A stretch of DNA of 64,000 nucleotides from Candidatus Helarchaeota archaeon (GTDB lineage Archaea > Asgardarchaeota > Lokiarchaeia > Helarchaeales > RDOG01). The position numbers were made by a program, and so were the translations under genes. Each line of letters begins with the position of its first letter. Position 1 is the stretch's first letter. Of the stretch, positions 8,860-17,855 are shown piece by piece. The DNA lies in the NCBI GenBank assembly GCA_019058315.1, contig JAHPZH010000002.1:192001-256000 (forward strand), in the 5' to 3' direction. The notes under the pieces are model-generated. The model worked only from the letters and a program-made list of their open reading frames with translations, did not search any database and had not been told where the DNA came from.

Positions 8860-10191
8860 TTACTTTAATTTGTAATAATCACTTTTTGGAATATATTTTT
8901 TAGATTTTTTTTGTTTCTTTCTTAATTGAATACGTCTTTCATAGGTTTTATCAGTAAAGTAAAAAATACTATCTAATTCTCCTGATTCTGTTGGTTCTGC
9001 CATTTCTATAGTCAATTCAATAGGATGTTTAATATCAGCATTACCAGAATTAGAAATTTTTTTACCATCTTTTTGAAGGTTTTTAACCTTTTGGGTAAAA
9101 AATGTATTAGAATATTTTCCCCCCATAATAATAATTGGCATATTTTCTTTGAGATATCCATTCGTAAGTTTAATTAAAGCTATATGAGTTTCATTATTAT
9201 AATTTAGAATACTTCCTAATTCTATTAATCGGAAATGTGATAAATTTGTTGCTGATTTATGTTGATGGTCAATTTCGGTGGGACGGTGAAAATAAAATCC
9301 TGTAGTCATTCCCCTATTATAAACCTTCGCTAATTCTTTTCTCCAATCTTTTGCTTTCTTTTTAGAAAATGTTCCATTATAATAAGCATCGATTGCTTCC
9401 CGATAGATAGATGAAACCACATGAACATAATAAGGATCTCTCATTCTTCCTTCGATTTTTAGTGCATCAACTCCCGCTTCTATTATTTCAGGGATATAAG
9501 ATACCATACATAGATCCCGTGAATTCATAAACCGGACTCCGTCATAGAGAAATTCATGACCTTCTTCATCATAAACTCTCCATTCTCTACGGCATGGCTG
9601 TTCACATCGTCCTCGATTCGCACTTTTTTTATCTGTTCCAGAGCAATATTGAGATAAATAACATCGACCTGATACTGCTGAACACATCGCACCATGGACG
9701 AAAATCTCGATATCAGTTTTTATTTTTGACTTTATTTCTTTAATTTGTTTCAAAGAACATTCTCTTGCTAGAATTAGTTTGGATGCGCCCAAAGACTCAT
9801 AAAACTTAGCAGCAATAGAATTTGTTATATTACATTGGGTCGAGACGTGAAAGGGGATATTTCTTTCTATTGCTGCTTGAATGGATGCAAAATCATGGAC
9901 AATAACAGCATCTATTTCTGCTTTTTTTGCAGCATCTAAAAGTTCTTCTAATTCTTTCAACTCATTTTCATAGATTAAAATATTTGAAGTAAGATATGCT
10001 TTAATAGAGTGCTCATGGCAAATCTTAACAACGTCTTTCATTTCTTCAATAGTGAAATTTTCACTTTTCATTCGCATATTAAATTTTTTAACACCAAAAT
10101 AAATAGAATTTGCATTAGGAAGAGCAGCTTTTACAGCTTTCATATTTTTAGCTGGACATACAAGTTCGACCTTTTTTTCGATAAGTTTCAC
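8860..10191 (-). CDS. Peptidase U32-family Fe-S protein (RNA hydroxylation TrhP/RlhA-like)
   Basis: HVSTQ, EIFVHGAMCSAVSGRCYLS, NRGRCEQPCR, LKIEGRMR. Confidence 0.9.
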   Translation of the reverse strand: MKLIEKKVELVCPAKNMKAVKAALPNANSIYFGVKKFNMRMKSENFTIEEMKDVVKICHEHSIKAYLTSNILIYENELKELEELLDAAKKAEIDAVIVHDFASIQAAIERNIPFHVSTQCNITNSIAAKFYESLGASKLILARECSLKQIKEIKSKIKTDIEIFVHGAMCSAVSGRCYLSQYCSGTDKKSANRGRCEQPCRREWRVYDEEGHEFLYDGVRFMNSRDLCMVSYIPEIIEAGVDALKIEGRMRDPYYVHVVSSIYREAIDAYYNGTFSKKKAKDWRKELAKVYNRGMTTGFYFHRPTEIDHQHKSATNLSHFRLIELGSILNYNNETHIALIKLTNGYLKENMPIIIMGGKYSNTFFTQKVKNLQKDGKKISNSGNADIKHPIELTIEMAEPTESGELDSIFYFTDKTYERRIQLRKKQKKSKKYIPKSDYYKLK

Positions 10192-10346
10192 TTCCTAAAA
10201 ACAAATTTGAGCTAGAATTCGAATCCTAAAATTATAAATTCTCTAATATTAAATTAACCTTTTATAGTATTAATTTTAATGTTTAAATCTAATAAAAGAA
10301 AAAATTAAAATGCGATATAAAATAATCATTAAAAGTGTGATTTCAA

Positions 10347-10877
10347 ATGCCTCTAATTGAACTGAAAGGTAAGAGACCTAAAATCCATGAAACTGCATAT
10401 GTAAGTGATTTGGCTACTTTAATTGGTGATGTTGAAATAGGAGCGAACTCTAGTGTTTGGCCGGGATGTATTATTAGAGGAGATTTTGCAAGAGTAGAGA
10501 TAGGTGAATTTTCTCATATTCAAGATAGTGTTTTAATACATGCCCATATGGCTAATACTCCAACAAACATTGGTAATTACGTGACAATAGAGAGCTGTTG
10601 TGCTATTTATGGTTCTCTAATAAGTGATTATACAATAGTTGGGACAGGTTCTATAGTTTTTGACGGTGCTACTATTGGTGAAACAGTATTAATAGCACCC
10701 AACACAATGATCACTTCTGGTCAAGTTGTTGGAGCGCGGGTTTTTATTCAAGGAGCACCTGCCGCAACTTTGAGAAAATTATCAATGGAAGAAGTAGAAC
10801 AAAATCGTGATAGGGCTGAAAGATACTCCGAAGTATTTGAGAAATTAGGTAGATGGTTGCCTAGAGAAAAAAAATAG
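10347..10877 (+). CDS. Gamma carbonic anhydrase-like left-handed beta-helix protein (two Zn ligands lost)
   Basis: IGDVEIGANSSVWPGCIIRGD, IQDSVLIH; the usual GH...LHG is replaced by ESCCAIYG. Confidence 0.85.
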   Translation: MPLIELKGKRPKIHETAYVSDLATLIGDVEIGANSSVWPGCIIRGDFARVEIGEFSHIQDSVLIHAHMANTPTNIGNYVTIESCCAIYGSLISDYTIVGTGSIVFDGATIGETVLIAPNTMITSGQVVGARVFIQGAPAATLRKLSMEEVEQNRDRAERYSEVFEKLGRWLPREKK

Positions 10878-11669
10878 TGGTAAAGAAGATTCTATATCAA
10901 TAAATTCAACATCAGGACATTTTAATGCTAAAACTTTTGATAATCTACTTAACCCAATAAAAATAGAATTGTAAGTCAGATCAATAAAATTTATTTCAAG
11001 AGATTCTGCAAAGCTTGCAAGAGAAAAATCTAAACCATTTCCTAAAAATAAATCGATATCATTCATTTTGGCTCTTTTCAACCAATTTGGTTGAGCTTTT
11101 TTTCCTACCAACAAAATTGACCTTTTAACTATATCATCAGTTTCATTTACGAGAAGGTATTGAAATCCTTTTAATCCTAATTTATCTGAAATCAAGTTCA
11201 ATAATAAAGAATATCTTATTTTAGATTTAAAAGGTGAACATATTCTCCCATAAGGTTGAAAAGTATCCCCTATTCTTATTTGAAAAACTCCTTCTATCTC
11301 TAATTTTAGTATTTCAGCTAAAGTCTCATTCAATCCTCCCTTCGAATAGGTCCAACTATCTGGAATTTTATAAACGAGTATATTATTTTCTATGATATGT
11401 TTATATTTTTCCAAATTTTCATCTATTAAATTTATTTTTTCCAGATTTTCGAAATCATAAAGTAATATTAAGTCTACCTTATTTTTTAAAGCCTCAATCA
11501 ATACTGTTTTATTCAGGTTTATAGTTAAAATAGCTTTTTTTATTTTTCTTCTTTTCTGTTTTGTTTCATAACTTGGACCAGTTATTAAGCATTGATCAAA
11601 ATCATTGGGATTTATTTGACTATTAGCAACTTCTCTTAAAACTTGAATAACTTCAAAAAAGTTCGTCAT
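10845..11669 (-). CDS. Degenerate Nif3/YbgI-like protein
   Basis: Fold pattern D..LITG, IKKAILTINL...LIEA, GGLNETLAEILKL, YGRI; metal-binding HH motif absent. Confidence 0.6.
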   Translation of the reverse strand: MTNFFEVIQVLREVANSQINPNDFDQCLITGPSYETKQKRRKIKKAILTINLNKTVLIEALKNKVDLILLYDFENLEKINLIDENLEKYKHIIENNILVYKIPDSWTYSKGGLNETLAEILKLEIEGVFQIRIGDTFQPYGRICSPFKSKIRYSLLLNLISDKLGLKGFQYLLVNETDDIVKRSILLVGKKAQPNWLKRAKMNDIDLFLGNGLDFSLASFAESLEINFIDLTYNSIFIGLSRLSKVLALKCPDVEFIDIESSLPLFFFSRQPST

Positions 11670-11722
11670 TAATAAAATCTCTTGCGAAATTAAATATGTA
11701 AATTTAATTTTTAATAATTTAA

Positions 11723-11875
11723 TTATTCAAGCTTTTTCAGCTTAAATTTATGCCAGAATAATTTTCTTAATTTTATTTTTCTTTTATGATCTTGATTATT
11801 AATAACATGAGGATTCTGTCTATTCCTCATCCTCTTTAATTCTACCTTCAATGAGTTTTTTGATTTTGTTCGCAT
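11723..11875 (-). CDS. Unannotated 50-aa basic protein resembling ribosomal protein eL39 (MRTKSKNSLKVELKRMRNRQNPHVINNQDHKRKIKLRKLFWHKFKLKKLE)
   Basis: ATG with GGTG upstream; length and R.K...NR..P.VI...W....KLK pattern match eL39. Confidence 0.6.
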   Translation of the reverse strand: MRTKSKNSLKVELKRMRNRQNPHVINNQDHKRKIKLRKLFWHKFKLKKLE

Positions 11876-12132
11876 GAAATGCACCAATTCTTCTAATTTT
11901 TTAAATTATATAAATTTTCTGAAGACCAAAGGAAAAATAAACTATGGTTAATTAGTTAAAAAAAATATCAAATATATTTAATAGTTTAAATAAAGAAACT
12001 ATTATTTGAATAAGTAAATGATTTAAAAGTTAAATTAATATTTGATAATAATACATAATAAAAACCAATAAAACCTTCTCCATATTGAAAGTAAAATAGT
12101 TCTACGTAAATATTTTAATCAGAGGATGCCAC

Positions 12133-13473
12133 TTGGCTGTGAATAAGGAATTAGTAGCTGGTGAAGTTTTAGATTTAATTGAAAAAAGTAACTTATCTGA
12201 ACGTCAAGCTATTAAACAAATAGTTAAGAAATATAAAATAACAGATTGGAAGATCAGAGGGGGAATTCATGCATTAGTGTTTGAAATTATAAGAAAATAT
12301 AATGGTATTGATGAAATTATTAAGTATTCTTTAAAGGATAAAAAATCATTTAAACGAATTGAAATACCAATTAAGAATTTGTTGAGAATCGGTGTATACG
12401 AATTAAAATTTATGGAAATAGTTCCAGCAAAAATAACTAATGAAATTGTAGAAATTACTAAACAAAAATTTGGTAAAAATAAATCAAAATTTGTTAATGC
12501 ATTATTAAAAAATATTGAAAAAACTGATTTAAACGATATAGAGGATCATCTAAATGAGAGAAATAGACTAAGTTTTAAATATTTTCATCCAAACTGGTAT
12601 ATCGAATATTTAGAAAAAATATTAGATAGAGATTCTGTAATTTCCTTTTTAAAAGAAAATAATAAAGTTCCTCCAATTTATATTAGAGTAAATACTTTAA
12701 AAATTCGAATAGACAGATTAATTGGAATTCTAAAAAATAATAAGGTAGAATTAGAGCAAGATCCTTATTTTCCAGAAATTCTAAAAGTTACTAAAACCAA
12801 AAAACCTATGACACGACTTAAAAGTTATAAAAAGGGCCTTTTTTATATTCAAACAAAATCTTCTGCAGTTGTAACGCATGTGTTAGATCCACAAGCTAAT
12901 GAATATATTCTTGATATTTGTGCGGCTCCTGGGGGAAAAACGACCCATATTGCTCAACTTATGAAAAATACCGGAAAAATTTTGGCATTAGATCTATCGT
13001 ACAGACGGATAATGGAATTAAAACTAAAATTGAAATTATTAAATATTAAAAATATTGAATTAATTCAAACTGATTCTCTAAATATTCCTATAAGAAAGAA
13101 GGCAGATCGTGTTTTAGTTGATCCACCATGTACTGGGACTGGTGCTTATGGCTCACGTCCTTTAGCTCGATGGAAAATAAATATTAAATACTTAAGTAAT
13201 TATACTAATTTGCAATGGAAACTATTGGCTAGCGGGGCATCACATGTAAAATATGGTGGTACATTAGTCTATTCTACATGCTCAATTTTGATAGAAGAAA
13301 ATGAGACAATAGTAAAAAAGTTTTTAGAACAATATCCCGATTTTCAAATAATTCCCGCACTCCCTCAAATTGGAATGAAAGGTTTTATGGATTGCGAAAA
13401 TTGTAAGAGATTGTTTCCCCACTTACACGAGTCTGAAGGATTTTTCATTGCTAAATTTCAAAAAATAGAATAA
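12133..13473 (+). CDS. RsmB/Fmu (Sun)-type m5C RNA methyltransferase with N-terminal NusB domain
   Basis: LLRIGVYEL, FVNALL, ILDICAAPGGKTTH, LVDPPCTGTG, LVYSTCS. Confidence 0.92.
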   Translation: MAVNKELVAGEVLDLIEKSNLSERQAIKQIVKKYKITDWKIRGGIHALVFEIIRKYNGIDEIIKYSLKDKKSFKRIEIPIKNLLRIGVYELKFMEIVPAKITNEIVEITKQKFGKNKSKFVNALLKNIEKTDLNDIEDHLNERNRLSFKYFHPNWYIEYLEKILDRDSVISFLKENNKVPPIYIRVNTLKIRIDRLIGILKNNKVELEQDPYFPEILKVTKTKKPMTRLKSYKKGLFYIQTKSSAVVTHVLDPQANEYILDICAAPGGKTTHIAQLMKNTGKILALDLSYRRIMELKLKLKLLNIKNIELIQTDSLNIPIRKKADRVLVDPPCTGTGAYGSRPLARWKINIKYLSNYTNLQWKLLASGASHVKYGGTLVYSTCSILIEENETIVKKFLEQYPDFQIIPALPQIGMKGFMDCENCKRLFPHLHESEGFFIAKFQKIE

Positions 13474-13500
13474 AAATAAGTTAATCTACTATAAATTAAT

Positions 13501-13998
13501 TTAGCTTCTTCTTCCCCCAAATATATCAAATAAATTTCTTAAGGTATTTTCAAAATTCTTAACTGAATTTTGGATTGTTTGACGAATTCTTTTTCTGAAT
13601 CTATCACCCATTTCCCACAAACCCCTAATAAAATTAAGAAAAAGTTGACTAAAAAGGGAATCAAGAAGTTGATTCAATTCTTCATCATCAATTTTTGATA
13701 AGAACTCAAAGAATTCAGAAAGACTCTTAAATTCAACAGTTTCGCCATAATTAGTTGAATAAACATTGTTTGAGTTTACACCATATCTTCTCATAAAATC
13801 ATATTGTTGCCTTTTTACTGGATCACTTAAAACTCCATAGGCAATATTGATTAATTTTATTCGTTCTTCTGCATCCTTGCTAGGATTTAAATCTGGGTGA
13901 TATTTTCTAGCAAGACGTCGGTAAGAATTCTTGATTTCATCAATACTAGCGTTCGAATTTACGCCTAATATATCATATAAATCGAAATCTTTTGTCAT
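13501..13998 (-). CDS. J-domain (DnaJ-like) protein
   Basis: [37 protein letters not shown]. Confidence 0.9.
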   Translation of the reverse strand: MTKDFDLYDILGVNSNASIDEIKNSYRRLARKYHPDLNPSKDAEERIKLINIAYGVLSDPVKRQQYDFMRRYGVNSNNVYSTNYGETVEFKSLSEFFEFLSKIDDEELNQLLDSLFSQLFLNFIRGLWEMGDRFRKRIRQTIQNSVKNFENTLRNLFDIFGGRRS

Positions 13999-14036
13999 TT
14001 AAATTCAAGTTTATTTTATTCAGTAATTAAATTAGA

Positions 14037-14666
14037 TCATCTATTAACTCGCGCTTCAACTATATCAAAAAAGAACTTATGTAGTCTTAAATCGCCACTA
14101 AGTTCAGGATGAAAAGCTACTCCAATTATATTATCTTGTTTTATAGCCACAATTTCTTCATTAAACTTTGCTATGACTTCTACATTAGGACCGACATTTT
14201 TTATTAAAGGGGCTCTTATAAACACTGATTTATATGGTTCGTCTCCTAAAATTGAAAGCTTTAAATCGGTTTCGAAACTTTCCCTTTGTGTTCCAAAAGA
14301 ATTCCTCTCAATATCAGCATCCAAGATTCCTAAAATTGGTTGATTTACTTTTCCAACCGTTTTATCATATACCATCTTTGCTAAAAATACAAGTCCAGCA
14401 CATGTAGCTAATGTTGGTAAGTCAGAAAGAATTTTATTCTTCAAAGCCTCCAGTAATCCAACTTTCTTAGCAAGAACTCCAATAACCGTTGATTCGCCAC
14501 CTGGAATAATCAACCCATCAATTCCTTCTAGATCATCCGGATATTTAATCCGTTTTATCACTCCATTATCAATTTTACTTTCTTTAAAAACATCCTTCAA
14601 GATTTCTTCATGAAATCTTACATCACCCTGTAATGCTAAAACTCCAATTGTAACCATTTTAAACAC
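14037..14666 (-). CDS. pdxT: PLP synthase glutaminase subunit
   Basis: GVLALQGD, IPGGEST, TCAGL, RNSFG.QRESFE, FIRAP, FHPEL. Confidence 0.96.
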   Translation of the reverse strand: MFKMVTIGVLALQGDVRFHEEILKDVFKESKIDNGVIKRIKYPDDLEGIDGLIIPGGESTVIGVLAKKVGLLEALKNKILSDLPTLATCAGLVFLAKMVYDKTVGKVNQPILGILDADIERNSFGTQRESFETDLKLSILGDEPYKSVFIRAPLIKNVGPNVEVIAKFNEEIVAIKQDNIIGVAFHPELSGDLRLHKFFFDIVEARVNR

Positions 14667-14678
14667 CTTTCAGAAAGC

Positions 14679-15623
14679 CTAAATATCAGATCCCCTGACT
14701 TCCCAACGTTCACCTGTGGTAATTTCTAAATCAATTCCATCCATAGCTCTCTTTTCGAGTACCATTTTTTGTGCTTCTTTTATAATCTCAGGGTTGTCCC
14801 AGAAGCTAGTAGCTAATACTATTGCTTCTGCCCGAGTTTGAGGGTCTTCTGATTTAAAAATTCCTGATCCCACGAAAATTCCATCACAACCTAGACTCAT
14901 CATAAATCCTGCATCTGCAGGAGTTGCTATACCTCCTGCAGCAAAAATTGTAACTGGAATTCTCCCCAAATCAGCAGTTAATTTAACTATATCATAACTT
15001 ACCTTAAATTCTCGGGCATATTTTATTAATTCTTGAGGATTATTCTTTGATGCAGTAACAAGTCTTAATTGCTCTTTAATCTTATTAAAATGAATAATCG
15101 CATGTTTGACATCACCAGTACCTGGTTCACCTTTTGAACGGAGCATGCTAGCACCTTCTTCTATCCGCCTTAAAGAACTTCCTAAATCTGTACAACCATT
15201 AACGAATGGAATCTTGAAATCATGTTTCCATATATGATGTTCAGAGTCTGCTACATTAAGGACTTCACTTTCATCAATGGTATCAACACCCGCAGCTTCA
15301 AGTATTCTGGCTTCACCTATATGACCAATACGACATTTCATCATGATAGGAATAGAAATATGGGCTCTAATCTCCTCATATAACTTTAATGAAGCAGTTC
15401 TTGCAATACCTCCTGACTTCCTGATATCATAAGGAAGTTTATCTAGTAACATGACTGCAACTGCACCTGCTCCTTCAGCAATTTGTGCTTGTTCAACGTT
15501 TGTAACATCCATAATAACTCCATTTTCCTGCATGTGAGGAAATCCTTTTTTTACTGACCAAGTACTCTGAATACGGTCTTTTAAGACTAATTTTCCTGCA
15601 TTATAATCTGGCATTTTTTTCAA
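14679..15623 (-). CDS. pdxS: PLP synthase lyase subunit
   Basis: GVIMDVTNVEQAQIAE.AGAVAVM, IDESEVL, FAAGGIATPADA, FVGSGIFKS. Confidence 0.96.
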   Translation of the reverse strand: MKKMPDYNAGKLVLKDRIQSTWSVKKGFPHMQENGVIMDVTNVEQAQIAEGAGAVAVMLLDKLPYDIRKSGGIARTASLKLYEEIRAHISIPIMMKCRIGHIGEARILEAAGVDTIDESEVLNVADSEHHIWKHDFKIPFVNGCTDLGSSLRRIEEGASMLRSKGEPGTGDVKHAIIHFNKIKEQLRLVTASKNNPQELIKYAREFKVSYDIVKLTADLGRIPVTIFAAGGIATPADAGFMMSLGCDGIFVGSGIFKSEDPQTRAEAIVLATSFWDNPEIIKEAQKMVLEKRAMDGIDLEITTGERWEVRGSDI

Positions 15624-15747
15624 CTTCTTTTAAAATATTTTAAAATAGATTATACAATTAATTAAACCTAACTTTAATTATAAAGTTTTATGCACAAAAT
15701 CTCTTTTAAATTTACATATTTAACAATTTTGGAAAAATAACTTATAA

Positions 15748-15939
15748 TCATGAAACACTTACACTATTCTGACGAACTGTGAGTTTAACTATATATTTAC
15801 AAAAATTACATTGAACCTTTTTATTTTTAGGTTCTTTAAGGGTAACTTTATATTTTCTTCCACAGTTAGGACATCTATATTTCACGATCCAACCATTTAC
15901 TTCTTCATCAAATTCAACACTATTTTCTTCCGTAGACAT
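15748..15939 (-). CDS. Small zinc-ribbon protein
   Basis: CPNCG ... CNFC. Confidence 0.65.
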   Translation of the reverse strand: MSTEENSVEFDEEVNGWIVKYRCPNCGRKYKVTLKEPKNKKVQCNFCKYIVKLTVRQNSVSVS

Positions 15940-16093
15940 TTCAAGTCAATCATTATTTAATGTTAAAATTTTTCAATCCCTAAGTGATAATGAAATATTA
16001 TTCTATATATCTTTGTATCTCAAGGAAAAAAGATAAATTTAAATTTGCTTTAAACTATTTTTTCCGAACCACCAATCTTATGGTGTAATTGTC

Positions 16094-17278
16094 ATGGTAA
16101 AAGTTGCTAAACGATTAGAGAAATTTGAATATGCAATTCGAGATGTAGTTGCAGTTGCACAAGAATTGGAGAAAAAAGGGAAAAAAATTACATATTTATC
16201 TATAGGAGATACTGCAAAATATTTTGAAACCCCAGAGCATATAAAAAAAGCTTTTACTAAGGCAGCTAATGAAAATTTTAATTATTATGTTGATTCTTTA
16301 GGTATTTTAGAACTCAGAAAAGCTATTGCTGAGAGCCAAAATAAAGAATACGGATTAAATGTTTCTCCAGAAGATGTCTTAATCACAGCTGGTGTGAGTG
16401 AAGCAATTGAATTTATTTATGCAGGTTTGATTGAACAAAATGATGAAATTATCATTCCAGGTCCTTCCTACCCACCCTTCAGTTCTTACTGCCTTCTTTA
16501 TGGAGGGAAACCTGTTGAGTATAAAATGGACGAAGAAAACAATTGGCAACCTGATATCGAAGATTTAAGAAAAAAAATTACAGATAAAACAAGATCAATT
16601 GTAATAATATCACCTAATAATCCAGTTGGTGTTTTATATAACGAAAAAGTATTAAAAGAAATTATTAATATTGCTGGAGAACACGATCTCCCCATTATTT
16701 CAGATGATATTTATGAAAAGTATGTATATGAAGGCTCTTTTGTAAATACAGCTTCATTAGCAAAAGATGTAAGCGTTATTACCTTTAAAGGATTCTCAAA
16801 AACATATAAAATGACGGGCTTGCGTTTAGGTTCTATTATATACCATGACCCAAATGATAAATTAACTGATTTTAAAGAGGATATAAAGAAATTAGCAAGA
16901 ATTAGATTATGTGCAAACGCACCTGCACAAATGGCTGGAATCGCAGCCTTGACTGGACCACAAGGGCATGTAAAAGAAACAGTTAAACAACTAAAACAAC
17001 ATAGAGATTTTTGTTTAGAACGCTTAAATGAAATTGAAGGGATAGAGTGTAAAAAACCTGAAGGTGCATTTTATCTATTCCCTAAAATAAACCTTGGTAA
17101 TAGATGGAAGGACGATAAAGAGTTTGTGATCGATTTTTTAAACAAGAAACAAGTATTATTCGTTTATGGCTCTGGCTTTGGAAAAGTTTATGGTCCAAGT
17201 CATGTTAGAATCGTTTATTTAGCTCCAATCTCAACATTAAAAGATGCGATGGATAAACTAGCAGAGTTTATGAAATAA
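16094..17278 (+). CDS. Class I/II PLP aminotransferase (alanine aminotransferase-like)
   Basis: EYAIRDV, PNNPVG, ISDDIY, GFSKTYKMTGLRLG, PEGAFY. Confidence 0.9.
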   Translation: MVKVAKRLEKFEYAIRDVVAVAQELEKKGKKITYLSIGDTAKYFETPEHIKKAFTKAANENFNYYVDSLGILELRKAIAESQNKEYGLNVSPEDVLITAGVSEAIEFIYAGLIEQNDEIIIPGPSYPPFSSYCLLYGGKPVEYKMDEENNWQPDIEDLRKKITDKTRSIVIISPNNPVGVLYNEKVLKEIINIAGEHDLPIISDDIYEKYVYEGSFVNTASLAKDVSVITFKGFSKTYKMTGLRLGSIIYHDPNDKLTDFKEDIKKLARIRLCANAPAQMAGIAALTGPQGHVKETVKQLKQHRDFCLERLNEIEGIECKKPEGAFYLFPKINLGNRWKDDKEFVIDFLNKKQVLFVYGSGFGKVYGPSHVRIVYLAPISTLKDAMDKLAEFMK

Positions 17279-17551
17279 AAGAAATGATATAAATTCAAAT
17301 TGTAAACCTTTTTATATTTCAATTTTTTTTAAATTTAATACTAAATTACTAAAAAATAAAATGAATTCTCTTTTTAACAACAAAATTAGAATAGATAAAT
17401 TAAAAAACTACCAAAATTTTGAAATTTTTTTCTTTACTTTATTCATTTTTTATTTAAAATTAAAAATTAAACTCTAATTATATATAGAATGAAATAAAAC
17501 TCTTTTTAAATTATGATGTATGAATGAATGATTTATTAAAATACGAATTAA

Positions 17552-17673
17552 AATTCCCAATGATGAAGGTGATCCCAACTGATGTGAAATACTAACTGTT
17601 TTTAATTAATATTCATCAATACCAGGATTTAATTATCCCAATGATGAAGAGGTGATACTCTGAGGGATAATTA
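17552..17673 (+). ncRNA. Box C/D sRNA locus (C-guide-D twice)
   Basis: ATGATGA(17560)-12 nt-CTGA(17579) and ATGATGA(17641)-12 nt-CTGA(17660); second unit is closed by the perfect 10-bp stem TAATTATCCC/GGGATAATTA in kink-turn geometry; TTTATTAA at 17532. Confidence 0.65.
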
Positions 17674-17752
17674 GTTCTAAAATTTTGAAAAATATAATAA
17701 AAAGATAGGTTAGGATAAATTAGGAGTATTTAGGAAATAAAAAATTAGAAAA

Positions 17753-17800
17753 TCAGGTTTGAATTTTTACAACTAAATCTGGTTCCACTTCAACAGCCCA
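17753..17800 (-). repeat. Displaced duplicate of the last 16 codons of ilvE (WAVEVEPDLVVKIQT*)
   Basis: 44/48 nt identical to 19787..19834; three of the four differences are synonymous third positions. Confidence 0.9.
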
Positions 17801-17855
17801 GATTATATCCTCAAGTTTAAAAACTTAAATATGATAAATTTTATACCATATTAGA

